From Tubiluchus corallicola (Eukaryota > Animalia > Priapulida): 64,000 bases of DNA. Numbering within the stretch: the first letter of the stretch is position 1; the number at the start of each line of letters is the position of its first letter. Below are positions 12,001 to 24,000 of the stretch, piece by piece. A model generated the notes under the pieces. That model worked only from the letters and a program-made list of their open reading frames with translations. It did no database searches and was not told the DNA's origin. The stretch is from contig JAQGDQ010000001.1 of assembly GCA_030141605.1 (NCBI GenBank), positions 372,001-436,000 on the forward strand, given 5' to 3'. A program made the position numbers and the translations under genes.

Positions 12001-15000
12001 TTGCTAAATATTTGGTACATAGGTTTTAACAATCATATTTAATGGAAATTGTTAGTATTATTAAGAGAACATGCGAGGCAAGCAAATAAAAATCTCTTGA
12101 AATACTGTTAGCAGAAAACTTAATAAAAAATTGTTAGAATTCTGTTACACATACAGGATGCAAACATTAGATGTGCACTATTTTAACAGTCTGCGAAGTT
12201 ATTAATACATAATTATACAAATGCAACTTTATGATATTCACGATTTCTTGTCTATTACAGACACAAGAAAATCATATAGCAAAATATTTAAGTTTTCAAA
12301 TTTGAAATTACCAACTACCTATATTTGTAATTTATAATACTACAAATTTTATGTAAAATTTCCATAACTGAGTACGAAAGAAGTACTCGTCATAAACTCT
12401 ACAAAATACCTGTGCAATGCCATATTGAAAAACCTAATGTCATGTATATAACATTTTAAATATTTCATACTCAAGTTTGTTGTTGTCATTGTTATAGCAA
12501 CTCAGATTCCCTTCTTATTTCAGGCTAAAAAATTTAAATCTTGCTTAGTTATAAATCTACCACACATTGTTTTGAACATCAAAATAAGTAAATAATGGAA
12601 AAATAAAAAGAATACCTGCATTCCAATGATGGAATAAATAAAGAACAACATGACGATAAGTAGGCAAACATATGGTAAAGCCTGAAACGAAAGAAGGTTT
12701 TAAATTTACTCACCATTAGATAAAATAAGTCACATTATCAATCAGTACAATAAAAGAGCTTGAAAGTAACAGTCACTTTTAATAAAAAGTATGAATGGAA
12801 ACAAAATCAAAAATAAAATTATTGTTGTTGCATTAAGTGCAAGAAATCTGCTGAATTTAGCATGAAAATAACTTCTTGTCGGTAGAACTAGCATACTATA
12901 AGTTGAGTTTACAAATTTTATATCCTGCCTTTCACATGCTTTCTTCAGTTTGTGCGAATAAAATTTTCAAATTAATGATAAACTATTTTACCAAACAAAA
13001 TGCTTAGAAATTAAAGTAAAATATTCACTTTAAATTACAAAAGTGATAAATTCCTAAATGTCACATTAACAGACATTATAAGAAAAATAAATTTATGTTT
13101 GTATGTGCTAAATTATTTTTAAAACCTTCACTCCGTACAAAAATAGCAGGCTTTTGGTATAGCCTTTCTACAATAATTTTAAAGCATTTTTCTAAAATTG
13201 TTTTTTTAGGAAGGGAATTTTGCGGAAAGTGTAATTACATGTCCTACTCATAGAAGCTGTCATTTTTTGTTCGTGGTTCTTGCTGGTTTTCTGGTACAAA
13301 TTTTGTTTAAACGCATCTATAACTACTTTCTGTTGCATTACTTTCAATGTCCACAGCTCAGAATTGTACAAGAAATAGCTTCGCTGATGTGGAAAATATT
13401 ATCACTTTTATTCCTAGTAATATATATTTTTTTTGTTAACTGAATAGCATAATGTCAGATGTGAGTATGTAGTTAACACTAGTAATTTAGTCCGTTGTTG
13501 AAAATTTATATTTTGTAATTTTTTTATTTACTTCAGGTGTCAAGGGTTTATAATATTTTTAGACCTTCATACACTGCAAATGTGAAAAATTTAAAATTAC
13601 ACTTTTTTTCAATATAATCTTACAATTGTGTTGGTAACTGGAATTTCATAATGCAATATCATTTGTATTCTTGCGAATATCTTGTATTGTTTCTACTCAT
13701 TGCAACTATAAAGTCCATAGCACCAAAACACCAGTATAATGTATGATACAGTTTTGGTCCACCACAACACTGCAATGATTAGTTGTTGGACAAAACAAGC
13801 AATACTTAACCAATTTCAAAAGCATCTACCGCAAAATATTAGCATGATAAAGTCCCTCTTTGGACAATCCTTTGATTCAAGGTTATTCTCGTGTTTAATA
13901 TTTAGATGTTTATCTATCAATTTAAACAAAAAAAGTTTTCCTTCTTTAATGCGCATGTTGCCTTGCATGAGACATGTAACGCGCTGGCAAAAAGTTTGCT
14001 GGAAATAATAATTACTTTGAAAGACTGTATAAACGTCCATAATAAAATCCTTATGGTGTAGCCTTGACGAAGTAGCTTTATCAGACGAGCAGCTCTGAAC
14101 AATCGCAGAAATCCAATGTTGATGATATTGCTCTGTGAAAAGAAACTTTGTCATAATGACATTGCAACACATTAAACACGAATGAAATGACCATTTAGTT
14201 AAACGTTAGGTTTCTATGAAAATCTTGCCCACACAGTTGTGTTTAAGAATTAAACTGAAATAACCTTGAAAGCAATTATTAGTGTGCAGTAAATATAGAC
14301 CACAGTGATAAAGGCATCAAAGTGCAATACTTATTATTTATTTGAGAATATATATACATAAATTTGTTATATACAAACATTATCATTTAGTGTGATTCAT
14401 TTAATCTTTGCAGTATTCATGGTTTTTAAACCAGCAAGTTATGTTGCATAAAATAAGAAAAGTATAATTTATTAGGATACTAATATTGAGTGGGAAGTTA
14501 AAAACCTAAAACAGACAAACAAGCAAATTTGTTAAAATTTGGTACCAAGCAAAAAGCCAAGCAAGTGCGAGTCCAATACAAAATATTGCCATTAAGTAAA
14601 AATCAACTAATTAAAAAAGATTTAACGTAACGCCTCCTTACTGAAAAAAAACAGTGACTGTTAGGTACTTTGAATACTACATTAAAACAAAGTGAATTAA
14701 AATCACTGTGAATATGCCATTGTGACTTTGCAACAAATATCATAATGGTGACATGGTGATTATTGAAATGTGAGAAAAATTGCTGAGCACAGTAGGATTT
14801 ACCAAATTTTGTTGTTTAAGAGCCTCATGTTCACTGCTGGTAATTTCTTCACCAGAATACATTCCTGGAGGCTTCAACAAAGCAACAAGCATTGCAAAAT
14901 GGGTTAAAAGCCATGAAATTATGTTAGTAAGCCCGCACAGTGCACATATATGCAGGCGTATATGCATTTATCCTAAGCACCACCACATATGGTAAAAATA

Positions 15001-18000
15001 ATTGTACAGAAAATATTGTAAAAGCACAGTAGTACTAAGATCAAGCGAAACTTGCATAATGCATTTTTTGTAACTTAACTACTATAAGTAATTATCTAAA
15101 CTAGCAGAACGTAAACTTGTATGCTTAAACTGTCCAATCTAGAATCTGCAATGCATGCATTTCTTACACAAAGGAAACACTTGCATGTCAGATCAGATAA
15201 TTCTACTAAAATCAAATATTGTTGGAGTGACACTACTTGGTATTAGTACAAATAATCAGTAATTCTGCATAAACACAATTGTAGCGAGGGCAAGATCGAG
15301 AAGTAGATGTAAGAAAATAATCCAAATAGACAAGACAAGACTTTGCAACAAGACGCCTTCGAATCTCCTCACCTGTTTGCTGCCATCTATAGCACTCTAC
15401 AGAGTGTGAGAGTAATAAAAAAAGACATTAGTGTCTTAAACATACAGTAGGTAAATTAGAAGCAAAAGCCAGTAAACCTCTTCATTTAAATAAAATTACT
15501 TTGACATTCGTACTGTATTGCAAGCACAGTCATTAATGAACTATGTTGTCAAGGGTGTGAGGACTAGACAAAGTACCATGCAGTTTAGTGATGAAGCTGG
15601 TGTGTGCAACCTTAAAATTATTTCTTTTCAAACCAAGAAAGGTCAATTTTTGTAAATTTAGATTTAAATGTTATTCAAAATAATAATAAAAAATATAATT
15701 AGAGTCACAATCAGAATAGGACCACATTCACCTTATCTATTTGCCTCCACCGTGTAGTACCAGTAAATTTCAGGTTAGTTCCACTTTGTTTAACACTCAT
15801 ATTATAGTAAAACGAGCCCGTATTCAAAAGACACTCATCGCATCAGTAGTTAAAATCGTTGCATTGCAAAGTGTACGAAAAACAAATTGAAGAACGATCA
15901 AACATCATACCTGCACCTCAGACAATAATACATCAGCTATACTGCCCACAACTGTGATGAAGTCAAAAGTGTTCCACTTATCTTTGAAATAATTCTAGAT
16001 AATAAGAAATAATATTAGTAAATGAATTGCATGGCCATTTATAAGGAAAATGTAAAAAAAGCATCAAAACATATTAAATGACAGATATGAGTCTTGGCAA
16101 AATTTTGACGGTAACAATGGTGATGCTTTAAATTTACGACTCAAATCTTAAATTTTATTGTCCTAGTAATTTACTATTTTATTCTCAGAATAAAAAAATA
16201 TCAAGCAGAACAGATCTACCCTCCCTCCCCAAATACAAGAACGTACAATTCCGAAATAACAATAACTCTGCATCTGTACTAAATTCAGCCACTAACCCCA
16301 ATTGTTTGAGCTTAGGTAACTTTGAAAAACAATCGTTGCAATAGTAGAATGAAGGCACATATAATCACAGAATATGATCCTGCAGCATACAATACCACAA
16401 AAAAATTAAGTAAATGAATGGCACTGGAATTTTATGTAGTTTGGCATTTATTTATAGTAGCAAACTAGTTGCACTTAGCAAGTTTCTAGGTAGCTGAAAT
16501 AGAAAACAAAAAAATAAGAAATGCAAACTGCAGGTGCTAATATAATAGCAAGCAGCTTCCTTACTGCAACAGACTAACATTTTTAAGGTACAGTGTTACT
16601 TCCTCAGGTGTGCCATATTTCTTCCTGAGATGCATTAACAAAGCATTTGTTAAGGGTAAGTTTATAACATATTCTCAGCTGCCTTATAGTGCTTGCTAAG
16701 CAACAGAATACTACTGACTTGGCACGAATAAACAGGCCCAATGTTTTATGCTAGATTTCAGTTTCCTAACATTTTTACACTAGATAAAACACCAAGTCCT
16801 GGCAATTCTATGCCATGCCAATAATATTTTTATTATATACCTTTGGAAAATACCATGCAAGGATCTACTGTTTCCAAAATTAAAAAGAACAAAATAGAAC
16901 TAAATAAAAATAAAGTAAGACGAGTGAAGTTAGGTATGTCAGTGATAATAATAACAACAGAATTTCCACCACATTTTCACTGAAAATCTTTTGAAAGAAC
17001 ACCGAAAAAGAAGCGCAACATTTTAGGTATATAATAAGTAATATTATTTGTCAAAATGACACGCAGTGCTGTTAGTGGGAAGTTATGAATTCTGATGAGG
17101 TATGTGAGTGGTATGTACACATGAATAAGCGTGACGATGAAGCTCAACAGCACAGCAAATGCCACCATCATACTGGAACTGCAAGAATCTTTAACATCAC
17201 TTTTGTACAGTGTTGTGTAAAGCTTACCTAGGATGTATACAAAGTAAGAATAAATAAACAACTTCACAAATTGGCTGAAACCTTCGTTCTCTACCAAGTG
17301 TTACTGAAAAATTCTGGGGATAATATTGATTATTACACTCATTAAACGTAGGAAAAAAAGAAATTTTATAACTTGTTTAACCATAAAATCGAAATGAATC
17401 TGTCTATATTTCACAATTAAAAAAGGAAATTCGCAATTCAAATGCACTAACTGCATTACTTGATCATACTTATCTTTAAAAGCTGCATTTAACAAAAACT
17501 GTCATAAATTATAGGTATGAAATTCTGATATCTACCCATTAACTGTAGCATCTGGTTCTTGGCAATTTTTATATAAGTTTTTTTTTATAAAAAAAAATGA
17601 AAAATTCCTAGAAATTTTCAGTAAAAACAAAAGCAAAAAATGAAGGTCTTTAGTCAGTGCACAATTAGCAAAAATATAGTACGAGTAATTAAGCAGAAGT
17701 TCCTTTAAATTATTAGTGATTAGTTAACATTTCACAAACCTGCTAGAGTAAGCATTAAAAAATAGTTAATGCTTATTTACGGATTATCAACGCTAGAATT
17801 TTAACAATTTGCATGTTATACCAAAATGTTTACTAAACACTGATATAACATGTTAAAACTTGTTCACACTTATACACATGTAATAGAATTATGCAATAAA
17901 ACATCTTGATATGATTTTTTGAAAACTCTGTCAAATTTAAATAATGTAGTTGAATATACCATATATATTCTGTATGTTGTAGTCCATATACAACATGTAT

Positions 18001-21000
18001 ATTCTGGCATTCATTGGAAAGTACTATTAAGTTAGAATAATGCCACATCAATATAGGAAAACAGAAACGACTATATCGGCTACTGCACTTTACATTTATG
18101 ATCACATGCTACATAACTTATAATAAGTTGAAACCAGCTACCCTCATGTTTTTAACAAGTCTAACAAATGGAGGGCCAAGTTTGTAACTGACTGTGACAA
18201 CATTAATTTCTAAGCTTCTAGATATCTGGTTGTCCATAATCAGAGCTTCCATAAATACGTTATCAAGATGAAGATTCAAAATGACTTTCATGAAATTTAA
18301 GACTACTTGCTAGTTCAATTTTTTTTAACCAGCTTTAGTGCATACCACAAAAAATTTAGTGATATATGCAATTATACTTTTTGTATACTAATTATTTTCT
18401 TAGAATTTTATTAAAAATCCCAAGCAAAGTCATTAAAGCATAATTATTATATTTTTCAAATACATTTTAGTGAGTACTTTGATCCAACATATCACGCAAG
18501 ACAATTAGTAAATAAAATTTCATCTAGAAAAGAAGTGGTAATTTTTGTTGTTTCATCAACTAAAGAAACCAAGTTCATTAATAAACTGATACCTACAGTC
18601 ACATATTTATATATTTTTATTTCAAATCATATCACCGCTTTAAGTCACCAACATCAATTTAGTGAAAAATAAAATTTTCAAATTTCAAAATTTTTATTTT
18701 GAAGAAGATATCGAATACAATACACATTACTGAAAATATGAAAAATTACTCAAGTAACATCAAAGTTATAAAGTTCTGATGTTAAAGAAGCAAGCACGTT
18801 GCCAGATGAAAATTTTTTGGTATGTAACACAACAGCCAAGCCACTTTGCAAGGCCAAATATTTAACAACTCCATAATCTGAGTACCTTACATCCAAAAGC
18901 TGCAAGTTTCAGCACGCATTCGATGGAGAATAGAACAGTGAACGTCATATTCATGTACGACAGTATATCCTGATACAAAGGGTCAGGATCCTTGTGCTGT
19001 AGTCAGTGAAGTGGTGGAGCAGCCAAATCAAACAGATGAAGCAAATGAGGGAAAATTAACTTTTGTTAACTGTCAGTGAGTCAATAGTCTGAGGTGATAT
19101 TAAAAAATAAGCAGGCAGAAACTAGTCACAAATAAAGGCCGAAAAATGAAAGAATAAAAAAGATTATAACGAAATGATGTGGGTGCACACTTTTAGTTCG
19201 CAAATTTTGGTGAGAGTTTCTGCCTTTTTGGAGAGTGGTAATGTTTAAAAAACATACTAGTATAAAAATAATGGGCAAACTGCATTTGACATAATCATTT
19301 GAAAAAGCAAATTTTCAACAATTCAGTTATAAAGGTTAGCATTGAGAAACAGTGAAAGAAACCTAATTTAAAAAAATGCAATCTACCCATTACATGTACA
19401 GCAGCTATTACAAAAAGGACGGGTCAGTTAGCAACCTTACCCTCACTCCAAAAGCAATCATCTTCAAGATGCACTCAACAGTGAACAAACAGGTGAAAGT
19501 CATATTCAAGTATCTTAGTACTTCTGTGTACTGTTCAGGTTGATTTGCATGCTGAAGAAGCACGCCAAATTGAAAAAACAACAATTTCATCAATTAGGTA
19601 CAGAATCTGTCAATACTTGCTAGTTAACATTTACATTTTTAAAAAACCATGAGTGTTGTAGCAAGAAGAAAGACAATAAAGTTGAATTTCTATTGGTGAT
19701 AGTCAAATACAATTTAGAGATTTCTTAAAGTCTTATAGAAATACTAAGACTGGGGAATGTGAATTCAAGTCTAACTGAGGAATTACCCGAGCAGTAATAT
19801 CGTGTGCATGTTGAGTAAAGTTAAGCTGTTTATGAAATAGATGAGTGGCTGTTCGAAAACTATTCCTGAGCAGGTTCGTCTGGCAATCTGCCACGGTTAC
19901 TTCATTAAAGAAAGAGGTGTATACCTTTGAATTCTGGAGGGCCAAAGCAACTTTGCTTGCTCAGTGTCTCATTTTAGAGGATTTTTCTTGAAAATGAGAT
20001 AAGTATCAATCACCAAACAATTCACTTTTAGTAGTAATCCCTACCATGGTCGATAAAAGGCTTACTGCACTACTTATTTTAGTTTAACAACTAAAATTTA
20101 AATTGATTAAATTGAAAATAAGACTAAATAAAGCAATTTGGATACAGATTATATGAGCAGTTCTTCAAACTGCGGAATGCACTGAGGCCAAAAACTGATA
20201 AAAATATTGCCATTTTGCCAGTCATTTAATATCGGTTGTTATAAACTAAGAATGTCACCCAAAAGTTGCAAAAAAAAAACTAATTCCAGTAAATTCAAAG
20301 AGGCTTTCCTGGTGAACTCGTATATCCAGTTGATGGCTAAAAATTGCTTGCAAATTGAAATATCTTACATATATGAGTAGACAATGAACTATTAAAATGC
20401 TGAAAAGAAAAATCATCCAAACGGTTACTAACAATGTTACTGTGGAAAAATGTTACTAACAAAATTGCCTGTATACAAAACTGACACTATACTTTTATCA
20501 CATTTTGTTATTAAAAAAACAATCAAAATCAAAAGGAAATGTTCAGCTCATACCTTCATCATCAATATTATTGTGTTTAATGATATCATAATCATAATGA
20601 AGTATTCAAAACCAGATGAAACTACTAGTTTCCAGATCCTGAAACGTATAGAATCCTTATCCTCCGGCATATACCTAGCAAATGGCTTCGCATTTATGGC
20701 AAAGTCTATGCACTGTTTCTACAAGAAAAAATGTGAAAACATGAACCTTCGCATATTCTGATCAGTTCAACTTATAACCACTCAAAAATAAAACCAAAAG
20801 AAAATCAAAACTATAAATTTAAGCTTAGGTTTCAATACAAAAAATTAATTTTCAGTATATTGTTTATTCAAGTTCTTATAATTACTAATTAACTAACTAA
20901 TTATTTTTAGGAGCTTGGGTGTCTAAATAATCAAACCTACTATAATACAAAAAATCATATAGAAGCAAAAGGCCGAAAAAAACAGCTGCAGCAAGACAAA

Positions 21001-24000
21001 ATACAACTCTACATAAAATATCCTATCAGCCTAGATCAGTGGTTTCCAAACTTTCTCGGACCGTTACCCAAATCGGGAAACCCGGTCGTGTCCATTACCC
21101 CCCACCTAGTACTACTTCTCCAACTCAAAAAGTAAACACACATATATGCCACAAGCAAGCAAAATTATTTATGTTTGCTCGTGACATAAATAAATTTCCA
21201 AGTGTTGTTGTTGTATTGTTGCGAAAACTACGTAAAATGCATTCCGAGCGAAGTTTTAAAAATTTTCAGAGGGGTGCCCGTTACCCCCCAAAAACCATAT
21301 TACCCACGGGGGGTAATTTACCCCTACTTTGGGAACCACTGGCCTAGATAAATTTTAGACAGTACATTCAAGCTATTTTCACTTTCTTAGGTTCCTACCT
21401 TCAAAACAGAACAAAACTTGAGCATTTAACTATGTGCTACGTATTATATGACCTTTAGAACTTTAGAGGATATGTTATAGAACTTTAGAAGCTAACCACT
21501 GTTTTTAGTGCAGTTATAACTAATTATATAGGTAGTCGTTGACTTACGATCATAAAGGTACATAGATCGTAAGTCAAAGATTACCTGGAAATACCTGGTT
21601 TTTGTCAAGCTCTCCATCCATAAGCTCTTTTTCTCCTTGTTCTTGGAAGGTAATAATGATTAAGGCAACAAAGATATTTACAAAGAAGAATGGGAACACG
21701 ATGAAAAATACTATATAGAAGAAAGCCATCTCCATTCGATAGCCGGGTTGTGGACCTTGGTCAATGTATGTGGCATCCATTGAATTCTGCAGCACCCTAA
21801 TAAACCAAAACAATGGAGAAGTTTAGCAGAGTAATTTATATGCAAAAATTAGAGTAGCCAATCACATAACTGAGTGAGGAACACATAAACTATGTCATTT
21901 GACCCCAAAATCATGTAAAGCATAGCTGTTCATGACTGTTTGCCTAATTATTTTCAAATGCAGTTTATGATTGCTTATCACTTATTACTATCATGCACAA
22001 CAACAAAAACCAAACAAAAATGCAGTTACCTAGGCCATCCTTCTCCCGTCTGTACAGTAAATAATGTAAGCATGGCATAACATACATTATCATAATGGAA
22101 GTCTTGTCTTTTCCATTCTCTTTTCTCCACTTTAGGTGGCTTTTTTTCATCAAGAAAGACAAAATATTCTCCCCTAAAATAACAGAACCACTGTGTAAGA
22201 GTAATCAACATTTTTGTACTTCAAAATCTGCCACGACGTAATGCCTCAGAAAAGATTAAATTTAAATTATTCTCGGGGAAAAAAACAGTAAGTAAGATAA
22301 ACTACTGTAGTGTATATAGCTATAAATAGAAAATGATTTAATCTGTGTTCAGTATATTTAGCAGTCAAATAAGTTAGCCAGATTTTACTTACTGACATTC
22401 ATCTTTCCTGGTTTTGGATAAATCTGTACAATACCAGAATTTTCCATTGAATAACTGCACAGCGATCACAGCGAAAATGAAGTGAAACAGCATATACACT
22501 ATGAGTATGTTAAGCACATTCTTCAACGAATTAATTACACAGTCAAACACAGACTGGAAAAAATAAATGTACCATGTCAAAACACATATACCAGTATAGT
22601 TTATCCTTAATGATTGTCAGGTATTAACATTAGAAAAGGCAAAATAATTTTCAAAATTATTCAAAAGCCAAACAGAAAGACGTGTAACAATATAACGGCT
22701 ATATTTGCAAATATGTATAACACAAATAATTATAAATGTTCTGGTTCTAGAATACTACACAATTTGCTACTATGTGCTCGATACTGGCTTGCATTGTGGA
22801 GAATTGCATAAAAAAGTCCTGGAGCATGTATTTAAAGCATTTCAGTGAATGCTTCACAGAAGTCCAATCTTGTTCAGGACTGCACTTTTCAATTACGGTT
22901 GCATTTCATACTATTACATTTAGAGACCTCAGCAACAATGCGTAGGACTAACCTTAAGTTTTGGCACTCGGTTGATAGTTTTTAAAGGCCTCAGAACTCT
23001 TAACACTCGTAAGGATTTAATAGTGTTCAAGTTCTTGCCAGCACCACCTGTGCTAAATTGACTGAAACAAAAATTAAAACCTGGTTATTAGTTTAGAAAA
23101 TGTAGTAAACATGAAAACCAAGTCTTTAAAATAAAATGACAAACCTTAATCTGAAATTTCTATAACAATAAACAAGCATTTTTGAAAAAAGCTATAAGTT
23201 ACAAGATAAATCATTGTATTAAATGATTAATAAATTAATAATAAGTAATGAGTAATAAGATTAATAAATCAAGACAAGATTACCTAAAGTAGAATGCCAC
23301 AAGGGCACAAACAACAACTAAAGCATCCAAAAGGTTCCAGGGGTCTCTACAGTAGGCTCCGGGGTGAAGAATTACACCCAAATCTATTATCTGTAAAAAA
23401 CAGGTACAAGTACAAAATTATTTAAATAATTTACTTGAGAACCAAAAAGCAACTATAGTTGAAGATTTACTTATTTTGTGAGCTTACCTTCAAAGCCATT
23501 TCTACAGTGAAGACCCCAGTAAAAGCATAATCTAGGTAATTGAGTATTTTGTTACGATTTGCGTCATCATCCACAGGATCTTCCGCTGCCAGAGCTATAC
23601 TGCTTGCACATATGACTAACATGATAAACAAGTCAAAGTAACGTAGGTTGACAATGAAGTGGCACAGTCTTCTAATGCTGAAAAAAGCATTATATCAAGG
23701 GTTTACTTTTGGAAGTGTCTTCAATATCAAACCTAGCTCCAATTCATAATGCAACTAAAAATAGAATGATTTAGTTCAGTTCAGTACAGTTTAGTTTGGC
23801 TTGATTTGATTTGGTTAGATGAGCTTAAGATTGGTCTGGTTTAATTGAGTTTACTAGAGCGAAGAAGCTAAGTTGCTTACGTTGCAAATTTGGTTTGTTA
23901 AGTTTAAACAATAGAGTTTTATTTTATTCTATGGTGTATTTTTTGTGACAGATAACCATATGCTTCCTATACATTCACACTACTGGTAACATATTATTGT

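Noticed and set aside
16977-17297. 106-aa hydrophobic minus-strand ORF as a third IVS2 exon copy
   Set aside because: No similarity to the IVS2 motif and no matching 111-nt splice boundaries.
20450-20761. Plus-strand ORFs overlapping channel exons (also 25620-25874, 29693-29986, 37393-37671)
   Set aside because: Antisense shadows of Cav2 exons with no independent gene structure.
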